Positions 13,986 through 29,029 of a stretch of DNA of 64,000 nt are shown here, piece by piece. The DNA is from the human T2T-CHM13v2.0 reference genome, Homo sapiens. The stretch lies in the NCBI RefSeq assembly GCF_009914755.1, contig NC_060927.1. The stretch is one strand, 5' to 3'. Every line of letters starts with the position of its first letter. Position 1 is the stretch's first letter. The notes beneath the pieces were generated by a model. That model saw only the letters and a list, made by a program, of their open reading frames with translations. It was not told the origin of the DNA and did no database searches. A program made the translations under genes and the position numbers.

Positions 13986-15859
13986 TACTGATGTACACCG
14001 TATATACTGCTCAGTGATATTATGGTTATTGTTGTCTTTCTACTTCTCAAGCAACTGGCATTTGAGAACTAGGCATTATGGGAAATCTATAATTAAAATA
14101 GTCTTCAGAGTTTTCTAATCTCCATTAACAGTTGTTTTTATAATAACTGATGATAGAAGTTTTCTACAAAGAGAACAGTGTGTTGAATTTGAGACATACC
14201 TGTAAGAGTTTAGAAAAGGAGCACTTCCTAAACATCCCTATAGAATCGTGTCACTTTCATGGAAAAATGTAAAGAAGGAGGTAACAGAGAGAAAAGGAGA
14301 AAAGGTAAAAAATAGAAGCAAAATGAAATTAGACGGTAGTTTAAAAGCATTACAAGTAACCAATAACAAAAGAAAGGGAGAAAACTTTTTCAATCACACT
14401 GCAGAAGTAATTATCGGAGCTTAACCAAAAATATGCTGCAATTTGTAGTTGACTGGGTATAAAGAGATGTTATTGGTTTCCATTATTTTTCTTGTGTCTA
14501 TTCATGCCTTTCATATTATACAATTGGATATATGGATTAAAAACTAAGCAAAATCCTATTATGTAAAAGAACATTTGCAAAAAATTTAGATTATAGTAAT
14601 TTGAAGGTTTAGATGTTCTAAAGAAAGCATCAGTCATACAAATTCACTAAATCAAAGTAACATAGCTGCAAAAACATCATATTAATAAGAACTTATTTCA
14701 CACTCTTGATGTAGAAGAGTTTCAGCTTGTATGCTAGGCTTTTAATTATTGAATGTATGGAGATCCCCCTTTTTATGTGGAATTTAAACATTCCTGATTC
14801 AATTTACTAAGAGCTAAAGAACACCCACTTCTAACTTGTCTTCTGCATGTTATATTGTAGATTAAATATATCCAAATCAAACATCAATGTGATGTTGATA
14901 TAGAAGGGGTGTCCTGCCTCATTAATTAGATAAATTAAATAGTGAGAAATGTCCATAGAATATTTCTCCAATGTCCATTCAACATGTAAAATGTCTCTTA
15001 AGTGAAATTAGGCCAATGGTGTGGAGAGAGTCTCCAGCTGTAGATCCCTTTCTTCAAAATAAATGCATTGGGAAATGTAGTAAAACTGGTAAAAGCAGAC
15101 TGCTTTAGGTAAATTGTCAGTGGAGAGCTTGGATATCCACCCACTGTACTGTCCCCTACCCCATGGCCAATAAAACCCTCTGACTTTGAGTCAGAATTAT
15201 TATGACCTCCAAGATCCATTTATTCTTATAGCTGTGGTCTCTAAGTTTTACAAATAAGAATACATGAGAGAAGAAATTGTTTTCCTGAATCAGATTGTGG
15301 GGGCTCCTTTGCCTTCTCCATGACATAGAACTTTAGTAGAGTCTTGCATCAAATATAAAATAGAGATAGAACCTTTAAAAAAGATTTCGTAAACTCAAAA
15401 ATTCTAACCAATAGTCAAGTCCGATTCTATCAGTTCTTTCTCCTCTGACAAAACCTCCCATGTCCATATTACTTGGTAAGGCATGAGAAGGGAACCTCGT
15501 CAGGAGAAACAGCCAGGTGCTTTATGCTTTCTCAGTCATGATCACATATGCCAGACATCCTGGTACCCTGGGCAAACATTAGAAACTGTAAACCTTACAT
15601 TTTATTTATCTGAAAAGAGGAAGTGGTTATTTTAATTTTATCTGTAGTATTTCAAGACATTCTTTTAACATAAGTTCAGTAACTCAATTAACAGAAAATA
15701 AAATGTCATTGTTCAGAGGTATGGACAATGAAAGGTATTCTGAACTTAAAGAGGGATTAAATAGAGAGGTTAGAAGAATTAATATTTTCTGCCTGAGTTA
15801 ATTTCCAATTCTTCTTCAAAATTAGACACCTGTCTTATTTGCAACAAAATTCTGCTTAA

Positions 15860-16000
15860 ATATTTCTAGTTATCAGAGGGCATGTTATTCCAAAGTCAGA
15901 CTCTTTCATTTGTGGAGTTCTAATTATCTGGCAATATTTACATAGAATTGAAATCTGTCTGCCTGTAATTATGAGCCATTATTTCTAGTTGTCCAGTACA
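15860..16000 (-). mobile_element. CR1/L3 fragment (a likely further piece at about 17150-17350)
   Basis: gttctaattat...gaaatctgtctgcctgtaa...ccattatttctagtt resembles antisense L3. Confidence 0.45.
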
Positions 16001-16029
16001 AAAAGACAAAAGACAATCTTTTTTTTCAC

Positions 16030-16170
16030 TTAATTATTCATTCATGAGTTCATTCAGCAAATACTGATTGGGTATATTCTCTGTGCTAGTCATTGTGCTG
16101 GGCAATAAGGATGCAAAGATGGAGAAAGGAAAGTTCCTGTCCCTCAGAAGCTCATGGTACCTTGTGTCAG
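16030..16170 (-). mobile_element. L2 3' end
   Basis: attcattca...caaatactgattg...tgtgctgggcaataaggatgc...cctgtccctcagaagctc. Confidence 0.7.
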
Positions 16171-16239
16171 ACACGCACAAACTATGTCAACAGAGTTTAA
16201 AGTACAGGATTCTAGGTGCCTCTCTTCCTATTTCCATAT

Positions 16240-17110
16240 TATTCATTTAAACCACTATTTATTCAGGTGCTCACACTGGAAGACTGAAAGTCACTTTAGA
16301 ATCTATACTTTCCATCACTCTCTTATTCAGTGTTTCATCTAGCCCTAGTGGGTATATCTGTACCTCTAAAATGTATCTTGATATATCCATCTCTGTCAAT
16401 CTTACTACAAGCTCCACATTCTAAGCCATCACTATTTCTCAATTAGACTAGTACGATAATTTCCTCCATTGTTTTCTTGTTTCCATTGTTGATGGTCTAC
16501 AATCCATTCTTCCTGAGGACTGTAAACTTTCAAAAATATAAATCAGCTTGCATGACAAATCTGCTGAAAAATATCTTTAAGTGTTTTTTTTGTTGTTGCC
16601 CTGAAAGTGAGATCCAAATGCCTTACCTTGATCTATAGAGCTTTTCTTGATCTAGCCACTACTTTCCTTTTGAAAATTTATTAATGCCTCATATTACTCT
16701 CTCCTGGAGTTTGCCAGCATGTAGGCATTTTATTCAGAGTTGTTGTTTGTACTTTATCTCTGGGTTGATTTCCCTGTCTCTACCCTTAACACACCACTTA
16801 CCCACACTTAAATAATACTGAATGTGAGACTTTCCCTAACAACCCTCGATTTAAAAAAAAAATAAGCAAAAAGACATCCCTTTCTATCACTGCATTTTTC
16901 TAAAACATTTATACAACTTTCTATATTTTGAAATTTTTCCATATTTCATTATTTTTCCATATTTTGTTTTTAACCTGTTTATTTAAAGTCTCCTCCATTA
17001 GGCTATGAGTTCCATAACGGCTTGTTGCTGAATCCCTCATGGCTAGTTTATTGCTGACTTATATTAGTCACTCAGCAAATACTGTTGAGTGAATAGGCAA
17101 ATGAATTAAT
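16240..17110 (+). mobile_element. L2 fragment with 3' end
   Basis: aagccatcactatttctc...caatccattct...cactcagcaaatactgttgagtgaat. Confidence 0.7.
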
Positions 17111-18973
17111 CAATACATAGAAACAGAACCTACCACAATTTTGGAGTATCTATTGCCTAACTTAACGTTGATAAAGTTAAATTATCAGGTGAATACATAC
17201 ACATACTCAATACACACATATATTTCTTATTTTATCTTTTTATATAGGGTTTGTATCTCAGTCTGGTTATCATCCTAGTGACTTTTTCAGATAATTGTTT
17301 CAATATTCACCTTAAAATATGAAGGCCAAATATTACTACAATATAAACAGCAGTGACATTTATGGAATAAATTTGATAAAACATATTGGAATGTAATATT
17401 CACTACTTTAACCCTCTAACCCCAAGAACTGTATTTTGTCCTAAGAAAATAATTAAATCTGTAGACAACTGTTTAAATGCAAGCATTTTGTTATTGTTGT
17501 TGTTACCCTGCTGTTTAATAAAAGAGAAGTACTGGATTAAATCAAAATAGCTATCCAATAATATAATTTAAGCACAGATATAATGAGATATCCCTGAATA
17601 ATTTTCAAAGAAACTTAAGTTCATCATTAAAAGTTACTAAATCCAAAAGTAAACAAACCAATGTGATCAAGAGTCATCAGAAATAACAATAGAATAAGAT
17701 CCAAAAATATTTCAAATATTGAATCTTTTAGGCAGAGAATATACAATAAATATTTAAGTTGTATAAAAACCTAAGAGAGTAAAGAAAAAAAGGAATGATA
17801 AATTACTAAATTTAAAAATTACTAAATGTAACTAAACAAATTTGGTAACTAAATACAGAATATAGAAATAAAAATTAATTGAAATTAAAAATTCAAAAGA
17901 GGCTTTTAGTAATAACTAAGTAATTTGGATTGATGTTGTCACTGAGGTCAAAATGTATGTTTTCAAAAGACTTCTTAAAAGCCAGTGTCTGGAATAAGAT
18001 GAAAATTCAGAGACATGTCTGATACTTAGAACCACTTTCACCTTGGAGTGGCTGCTGATGTTGCAAGTGATGCTTGAGACTCCAGAGAGATTGTACAGTG
18101 CTTTCATCAGCCTCCTAGGTAAGAAAGGCTCAAGCTGAATACTGGTATCTGCCAAGGACTCCAAGTAAGTAGTTGATAGAAATAACAGTGCATAATGAGT
18201 AGACCAGTCTACATAGAGACTACAGGCCAAATTGGAACTATCTCAATCTTTGAAATTAAATTCAGGTAATAGGACATTGCGAGTTCCCAGGAGCCCATAA
18301 GAAGCAAGTAAAAAATTATCTCTGAAGTGAGACATAATCCTAGGCCTTGCATTATTTTTGTAATTTTTCAAGTACAGTGTGCTGCTAGCGAAAATAATAA
18401 AAATTAAAAATAATCAGGCACATCATGATATAAGACAACATGAATGAGACCCGGAAGAAACGATAAGCAATTGAAACAGACACAGGGAAGCTGCTGTTAT
18501 TTCATGTTGTTATTCAGAATTGTCAAGACATAGATTTTGAAAAAAAATAAGTTTAACATCTTCAGTAAAAGGAAAGGTGAAATTGAGAATTTTTAAAATA
18601 AGCTATATAAAAGAAAACATGGGAAAAGTATACATATTCTACAACCAAAATGTAAATAATCAAATTAGGAATTCAACAACAAATTAAAATTTGAATATAA
18701 GTCAGAAAAACATATCCAGGAGAAAAAAAGAAAGAAGAAAAATAAAGGGAAAGTAAGTGACATAGACAATACTGTTCAAGTTATACATTTGACTCTTGTT
18801 TATGGTAGTTATGTTCTATAAAGTTGCTGCAGGCACTGCATTAGCAAATACTGAAATATTTTTTCAAGGGGACATAAGGATTAGGTTTCTATGAGTGTCT
18901 GGTCACATTTCTCATCAACTGATCAATACATGACTTTGGTTTCTGTGTGTTTCTATTTAAAGACACTTTATTA

Positions 18974-19106
18974 TTGCTATTATTATTTTTTGAGCCATTC
19001 TGCCCAGCTAATTTTTGTTGATTTTTGTGGAGACGGGGTTTTGCCATGTTGCCCAGGCTGGTCTTGAACTCCTGGGCTCAAGTGATCCACCCCCCTCACC
19101 CTCCCA
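18974..19106 (-). mobile_element. Deleted and truncated AluJ/FLAM-like element
   Basis: Left-arm sequence ccaggctggtcttgaactcctgggctcaagtgatcc. TSD acactttatta at 18963-18973 and 19107-19117. Confidence 0.9.
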
Positions 19107-19301
19107 ACACTTTATTATAATATATATTAGTTAATTAACAGTGAAGTCACAGCCAACAGCACTGTAGCTCATACTTGAATGAAGCTTATATAACACTCAT
19201 ATTTTTTCAGTCAAGAACATACATCACAGCCTGTTTGTTCTTAGGAACACTAGGCAGCACTTCAGTAGTATACTTGTTGCCATTTTTAAACAGCAAAATC
19301 A

Positions 19302-19676
<375 letters not shown>

Positions 19677-21659
19677 TTATTTATAGCCTGAGAGCTGAAA
19701 CAAAAGGACAGTATCACCTTGTTTGACCCCAACTTCAAGACTGTCAATTAACTACTCAAACATTTCATCTCTGTGCATGCCTGCTAGTGACTGCACAAGC
19801 ACCATGATTATTGATTTTGAGGTTACAAAAAAACTTTAGCAAGTAAGCAAATTCACAAATTCAGAATTTCCAAATAATGAGAATCAATTATGATTGGTGT
19901 AGCAAAAAGAATGCAGAAAGTGGTGTAGAAACAGCATTTTAATAGATAATAGGAATTATCCAACACTGAAGACATATATTAATTCTCAAATTTAGGGATC
20001 CCTCATGTCCCAAGTAGGATACATAAAAATCCTCACACAGTCATGTGAAATTTTTAAGTGAGAATTCATATCTCAGCAGAACTCAATATAAGAATAATAT
20101 GCTTCAGAATAATAAAGTTTCAATTAAGTCTACTTGTAAGATGCTTCCGAATAATAAAAAATAGCAATTCTAAATATGTGTGCACCTAACAACCTAGTCT
20201 CAATTTTATAAAGCAAAAATGAAACAGAGCTGTAAGAAAAAACAGATAAAACCATCAGCATAACATTAGATTAAAAAATATATCTCTGTGACTATGAGAA
20301 AAACAAACATAAAGAGGTTTGAATATTGAAAAAACACAATGAGTAAACTAATCCCCGTAAACATACATATGTTCACCCAACCATTGTAGAATGCCAAGAA
20401 TCTTACAAAATGACCTTAAGAAAATAGTGTCCCCTGGCCAAAATTAAATTATGCTTCAAAAAGTCGTAAAATCCTAACTATAAAATACCCAAATATTCAG
20501 AATAACGTGTGAGACAAGGAAAAAATTAACAATGGGCACAGGTAAATTTTTTGAACTAATTATATTCAAGATTGTTTGAATTGTGAGATTGTGAGATTTG
20601 AGTTGTGAGATTCAGGTAAAGTATAAAAAATTTTTCTGCTGTAATCTGTATATTAGTAAAGAAAAAAGGCTAAAAATAAAAAAAAAAAGCCCCTTACAAA
20701 AAGCAGAAAGAGAAAAACAAAATAAATAAACGTAAATGGAGAAGGACATAATAAAAACAAATTAATGAAACAATACAGGTATAAAATAGAATATTAACAG
20801 AATTAAAAGTTGTGTCTTTGAAAGACCAATAAAATTTATAAACATCTTGTGAAACTAAATTGAAAAAAAAACAGGAAAGAAATCAGTCAATATAAATAAT
20901 GTAAAGTAGTGTCTCTAAAGATTATACTCATATTAAAATAATAAGATGTTATAAACCTATGCAAATAAAATTTTAATTATAACTAAATGCCTATATTCCT
21001 TAAAATAATGTATGCTATTTTCTGTAAGAGAAAATAATAAAATATGACACATTTAAATACTTTTATGAATAAAACTTTACAAAAATATATTAAAGAAAAA
21101 CCTAAGCCATGTTCAGAAAAGGAGATTTAATAATGAATGCATGACAATTCTTCCACAATCACTATCTAGATTTAATGTCACTTAAATCAAATTTCTACCA
21201 AGGATTGCCATGTAGTTAAAAAAGTCTCAAAATATATTATTTGAAGTTACACTTTTTGGTGGTAAAACGATAAAGGAAAGGAAGAAAATAATTCAAGAGA
21301 ATGATTATCTTTGAGTGATGAAGGAGAATATGATTTGGGAAACGCACAGAGAGGCTTCAAAGGAATTGGCATTGTTCTGTTTTCAGCTGATTTGTGATAA
21401 CTATCTGTTCTTTTTGAAAATTATCCTAAAGTTGTACATACATGTTTTATACATGTTTTGTATGTGTGATAGTTTTGTAGTTAAAATCTTAATTGAATAA
21501 ACAATAAAACTATAATTATAAAACTGTAGAGCATGTGAGATCTCATATACACATATCTATAAATATGTACATATCTGGGATAAAACTTAATCATAAAATT
21601 TTTCTTCCAAATCTTGGTTAAGAAAAAGGAAAATATTCTCATTAAAAAACTACAGTAAA

Positions 21660-21749
21660 TTTTTGTTATTTATTTATTTATTATTTATTTATTTATTTTG
21701 AGATAGAGTCTCGCTCTGTCACCCAGGCTGGAGTGCAGTGGCAAGATCT
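21660..21749 (-). mobile_element. Short 5'-truncated Alu with (TAAA)n tail
   Basis: (ttta)n followed by tgagatagagtctcgctctgtcacccaggctggagtgcagtggc, then an abrupt end. Confidence 0.9.
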
Positions 21750-22053
21750 AACAGTTGTAGACCTAGATTTTCCTCTGAGACACACATTCTGTCTATTCTG
21801 GGACAAATGCCATTGAGTACTAATTTTAGATTATTGTAAAACAAATACCTATCCAGTATTCCCAGAAAAGAACCAAAGACTACAAAGGAAATTATTGCAA
21901 AACCATTTGAATGATTTAATCTTTAATGTGGTTTAGTAATTGGGTAATTATTTTAGATCAAATTTAGATTTTCTAAAACTCTAAATGTGCTTCTTTCTAT
22001 ATTATTGTGAGTATAAGGAAAAGACTGAAAGAAATATTCTGCATTGTTAATAG

Positions 22054-22377
<324 letters not shown>

Positions 22378-22459
22378 TTTGCAATATCTTTAATCTTCAT
22401 ATTTGTATGCATTTTTCGCTTCTTAAAAGGAGTATATGACTGTAAGAGAAAAATGAACT

Positions 22460-22740
22460 TTAATAAATTTCAGAGCCCAGCACAAAACATAAACCTCCAG
22501 TTGTGGCCTGAACAATGCGGAGTTCAGTGGGATAATTACCTTCTTTATCTGGACTCTAGACTTGCATTATTGTGCTCAGTGTGGTGTTAACTGCCACGTC
22601 ATCTTTTTGGCTTATATTGATGTTGTAGTCAACCAGAACACAAAGATTTTATCAAGTAGATTGCTATTAAGATAGATTAGTACAAGAGATTTTGTTAACT
22701 GAAATGAAGAACATTTTCCCAGTTAATGTAATTGTGTGTC
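22460..22740 (-). mobile_element. CR1/L3 fragment
   Basis: ctccagttgtggcctgaac...cagtgggataattacc...ttggcttatattga...gtagtcaac resembles antisense L3. Confidence 0.6.
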
Positions 22741-23569
22741 CAAGTTCATATTCTTAGCTTTTCAGAATGCTTCGGGAGAACAATGGAGAGCTGGATGACC
22801 TTGACTTCTACTTAACTTTCTCTCCTATAATTCCTATCATTTTATTTATATATGCATGCTTAGATAACCTATACCCTTGAAAAGATAACCCCCCAAATCC
22901 CTTTCACACTTCAATAACACGTTTAAACACTGCCTTTTAACCCTTTATTTAAATATATTGAAAGATAAGTTTTCATTAGTTAAAACTTACTGGGCCTTTG
23001 CAACTCATATTCTGCTCATAACATTCTCTGTTTGGCTACTTACATAAAGACATTTAAAGACGTTCTAATTATAAACATGAAAATTATTTCCTCTTAGTAC
23101 ATCCTACTGAACCATGATCTGCCATCTCTTAGGAATAAGACTCTAATCCAAGAGCTATAATGGCAGAAATTCAGCCCCTAGTTTGGAGCTTTATGTAGGC
23201 GAGGTTTCCCAAGCTGAAGCAAGCACTTAACTTAGTAAAAGATAAATCCTAGGAACTTGGACATCCAAGGACTGGAAAATACATGACATTAAGAAAATGA
23301 TTGAAATTTGTCACACCCGCTGGACTTTCAGATTCTGTCATAAATCCAGCATAAATGTAATATAGTTGATTTTTGGTAAACAGCACCTAGTTTCATCATT
23401 CTTACAAGACATAAAACTTAGAATCACCGTACGTTTTTTTTTTTCACTTTCTCATGCACTTCACAACTCCATCGAGACAAAAATCTCTAAAGCTTCAATT
23501 TTCTTTTGGAGAACACTATCTTTTCTGCCTTTATACTTGCTCAACTGCCTCTTTTTGTTTTCTTGGCTC

Positions 23570-24215
23570 TTATCTCCACTCACTGTAATTATTACCAGAA
23601 TATTGTAGGGATTCTCCCTGTTGACACTGTGGGCCTCCTCCAATCTATCTTCCTTGCTGTTGTGAGAATAAACTTCATATAATGTAGTTCTAACTGCGTC
23701 TCTTCCCTTCCTTTAATACCTCAGAATACAACATCTCCCACTGCAAGGTTCAAATTTCTTAGCTTAGTACACTAAATACTTGTGGCTAGGTTTTTTCCTA
23801 CCTACCTAGCTTTATTTACTCCAGTGTCCTCTCACTGCACCATTCTTTACAGTCAGTGCCCTTAATGTGCCAAGATTTTCCCCATTTCCATGTCCCTTTT
23901 CCTGTTGATCTCTCTGCTACAATGACTTATTCATCCCACTCCTCTAATCTTGTTTCATTTGGCTAACTCCTGTTCCTTCCAAATTTGGTTCAAATGTCAA
24001 CTCAAACTCCCAAAATGATTTTAAAGGCCTTCATTTGGGATTCCATGAATACTTGTAAACTTTTCTTATAACGTTTAACAAACTTAGTTATCTCCTACGA
24101 TAAGCTACAAATTTATTGAGGACAGGAACCACATCTTGTTTGATTTTGTATCTTTAGTGCCTAGCAAAATGATTAGCTCTCAGTGGTCTCTTGATAAATA
24201 TTTTTTGACATAATA
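23570..24215 (+). mobile_element. L2 3' region
   Basis: ctccaatctatctt...tggctaactcct...tcaaatgtca...gaggacaggaacc...gtatctttagtgcctagc. Confidence 0.7.
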
Positions 24216-24409
24216 TTTGTCATCTGTATTTCCTAGAGAACACTGAGACAAGGAAATCCCACAGTTAATCACCTCTGAAACGACAACCATGCACGCACTC
24301 ACCACACATTTTTTTCCTTATAGACAGCTTTTTTTTTCCTGTAATTTTTTGCGAGTTACCTTTCATTTAAGTTTTCCTGCTAACATGATTCAAATTTCTC
24401 TTTATGCAT

Positions 24410-24870
24410 CTATTCTTCCTCAACCTCATGGTGATGGGGTGGATATATGACATTTGTGCAAATCAGACAATCAGGACATTTTTATTCTCTTGGCTTGAAT
24501 AATTAGTTCATGGATTTGTGACCCAATTAAAGGCATGGAGAGTCAAATAAAGTTTGCCAGGGCCGTTGGAAAGGAAACACAGGTATTTTTTTTCACTGGG
24601 TTTACATGTTGGAATATGTAGAATGGGAACTTCTGGTAGATCATCTTAATACGAGGTGGTGACAAGAAGGAAGTCAGCCTAGAGTAGAGAAGAGCAAAAT
24701 AATATAGAGAAATCAGATCTAGAATCAGCATTTGTGTCTCTGAATCAAACAGAGATTTAGCTAGACACTTTTTTTTAGTTGTGTGAACTAATAAATGTAT
24801 CTGTTTATTTGTTTATTTATTTACCTAAGATGAACTGGATTTTCTGCACCCAAAAGTGTCTGAACCAAAG
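24410..24870 (+). mobile_element. Old ERVL/MaLR-type solo LTR
   Basis: tgtgacccaa, caatcag, gaactaataaat and ggattttctg...caaaagtgtctgaacc follow a plus-oriented old LTR layout. Confidence 0.5.
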
Positions 24871-25401
24871 TTAGCCTTTCCATGTGTGTCTCGATATACA
24901 ACCTCATATTGCGCTCCTGTAAATGATTTCTTAATATCTACAGGCTGTTCTGGTATGAAAAGTTGCTCATGATTGGTTTCACATTCATCAATCAAGGCTT
25001 ATATTTTTTCTATGTTCTCCTCTTCTCTATGTAAGCTATTGTGACTAACTTAGTTTTTCCTATTGAGCCATTCACTTTTAGAGACTAATTGCCTAAGTTC
25101 ATGTTGTTTAGACCATTGTAATATATTGTACTATACATAATTTAGTATATGCAATTTCTACATTAATGACTCTTTCTACTAGGTTCTAAGTTATTTGAGA
25201 GTCTCCATTAGGAAAGATTGTCAGGAAAACAGAAAAGTTTTTTTTTTTTATCAAAAGACTTTTTTTTTTCATTTTCTTGAGCTATAAAGTACACAATTTC
25301 ATTAGTTTTAACATATGTATACACCTATGAAACCATTCACAAATTCAAACTAATGAATATATCAAATACCCACAAAAGACTCTTCATGATCCTTTATAAT
25401 A

Positions 25402-25690
25402 CAGTAATCCTTCAGTACACTGCAGGGGATTTGTTTTAGGATCCCCTACAGATACCAAAATCTGTGGATGCTTAAGTCTCTTATGTAAAATGGCATAGGA
25501 TTTGCATACAACCTATGCACATTCTCCAGAATACTTTAAATGATCCCTAGATTACTTATGATACTTAACACAATGTAAATGCTTTGTACATAGTTGTTAT
25601 AATGTATTTTTAATTGTTGCATTAAAAAAATTTCATTTCAGAGTTGGCAGAATCCACAGATATAAAACCAGCAGATAAAAGGGCTGCCTA
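25402..25690. mobile_element. MER2 (TcMar-Tigger)
   Basis: TA-flanked; cagtaatcc...gataccaaaatctgtggatgct...aacctatgcacat...gaatccacagatataaaacc. Confidence 0.88.
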
Positions 25691-26614
25691 TACATTTATC
25701 AATGGCCCACCCACCCCTGTCTGTAGGCAACTGCTGATCTGTATGTTGTCACTACAGATTTATTTGTACTTTCTAGAGCATTGTATAAATGGAATCACAA
25801 GCTAGAACTACTTTTGGTCTGTCTTTTTTCATGCAGCATAATTATTTTAATATTATTCATGCTGCTTTATGTATCAGTTCATTCCTCCTTATTGCTGAGT
25901 GGTATTCCATCATATGGATACATCACAGTTTGTTTATACATTCATTGTTGAAGAATATTTATTAAAAATAAAATTGCTATGAGCATTCGAATATAAGACT
26001 TTGTAAAAAAATAGGCTTTCATTTCAATTGGTTAAATATCTAAAATTGGAATGGCTAAGTAGTGTGATGGATGCATGTTCAAGTTTAAGAAACTAGCAAA
26101 GTATTTTCCCAAGTGGTTTTAGCCTTTTAGGTTCCCAACAACAATATAAGAAAGTTCAGTTGCTCTGCACACTCACCATTTCAATGTGGTTTAAATTATC
26201 TTCAATGGTTTATTCTAGAAATTCTATAGTTTAACTCATATTTTGATAAGTGATTGCTTTTAAATTATATTTTATATATGGCATAAGGTAAAGATTTGAT
26301 TTTTTTTAATTTTTTGCATATGGCTATTCAATTGTTGTAGTGGCAATTATTGAAAAGATTAAGATTTCCAGTGAATTGCCTTGCCAGCTTTCTTAAAAAT
26401 TAATTGAATGTATGTTCAGGTCTATTTGTGGATTCTATTCTGTTCTGTTGATCTGTTTGTCTATCTATATGGCAATGTTACACACTATCTTGATGAATGA
26501 TGGTTTTAAAGATAGGTAGATGGTTTTAAAGACAGAGTATATTCTTCTATCTCAAATACATTGGGACTCCCATGTGCTTTTATTTTTTTTTTTCCTATAC
26601 AACGTTTCAAATTA

Positions 26615-27058
<444 letters not shown>

Positions 27059-27458
27059 TTATTTAAGTTTTCTAATTTTTAATCAATGTTTGTAGGTTTT
27101 CAGTGTATAGATCTTGCTTATATGTTGATAAATTTAATGCTAATATTGCACATTTTATGGTCTTTTAAATAGAATTTCAAAAACTTTAATTTTGGATTAT
27201 TTGTTTCTAGTATATCGAAATACAATTTATTTTTGTATGTTGTTTATACATTCTGTAACCTTGCTAAACTTACTTATTAGTTCTAGTAGCTGTTTTGAAG
27301 GTACCGTAGGGTTTTTTGTGTTTTTTTTTAAATGTAAAATTCATGTTGTTTCCAAGTGAAACAAGTTAGTTGTGTATTTCTAATCTAGTTGCTTTTTTCC
27401 CCACTTGCCTTATTACACTTGATAAGACCTCTAGAATAATGTTAAAAAGACATAGTGA

Positions 27459-27755
<297 letters not shown>

Positions 27756-29029
27756 TAGTGAGAGAACAGACATCCATGTCTTGTTTCTGACTTTGGTGAG
27801 GAAGCTTTCAGTCTTTCATGAATGAGTATGATGTTAGTGTCTATATATCTGGATATGTAGATATACGTATCTACATATCCATATATATGTATATGTATCA
27901 GTTACCTTTTCCAGAATGGGTAAGTTTCCTATTGTTCCCATTTAAGAGTTGCAGCATCAATTAATATTGGATTTTGTCAAAAAATCTTTCTGTTTCTATT
28001 GAAATGATGGTATGGAATTTCTTTTATTATCTGTTTCTATGGTTAATTTTATGTATTAATTTTTTAATATTTAACTTACTTTGAATTCTTGGAATAAATT
28101 AAACTGGTCAAGATGTATTATCCTATTCACATATTTTAAAATTCTATTTGTAAAAATTTTGTTTTGAAGCTTGACATTTATGTTCATGAAGTATATTAGT
28201 TTGTACTGTATGTTGAATGTCTTGGTGCTGGCCTCACAGAATAAAGTGGCTTTCTCCTTCAGTTTTCTGGCAGAACTTGTTAAGTATTGATGTAATTTAT
28301 TTCCTAAATTTTCAGAAGAATCTAATAGTGAAATTATGCAGAGTTTTCTCTCTTAGAAGTTACTTGACAAACATAATTTTTTTAAAAAGTAAACACTAAA
28401 AAATTAAAATAAAAAGCAGTTACTTGATTAAAAACGTAATTTAACAAATAAATAAAAGGTTATTCAGGTGTTTTTTTTTTTTTAGTTAACTTTGGTGGCT
28501 CATGCCTTTTAATTTGTCCGTGTCTTCTAAGTGGTTAAACTTATTCTAATAATGTTCATAATAAGTCGTTGTTATCCTTTCTGTCCTGTAAAACTTTTAG
28601 TGATATCACATCTCTCATTCTTGCTATGGATAACTTGTGTGTATTTTCCTGACCACTCAGCAGAGCAATTCATCAATTTTATTAATCTTTTCAAAATGCC
28701 ATTTTTTTGTTTCATTGATTTTTTTCTATTTTTAATTTCACAAATTTCTGTTTTACTCCCTTATTATTCTCTTTTTTTCTGTTTTATTTGGCTGTAATTT
28801 CCTCTTATTTTTCCAGTTCCTTAATGTGAAAGTTGAAGTCATTGATTGGAGAGCTTTCTTCTTTTCAAACATAGGCATTTATTGCCAGAAATTCTTATCT
28901 AAGAACTGTTTTAAATGCAATCCTCAAGTTTCTACATATTATGTTTTCTTTATAATTTTGTTCAAAACACTTTCTAATCTTGCTTTTGATATTTTTATTT
29001 GATCTATGTTATTTTGAAGTATACTGATT

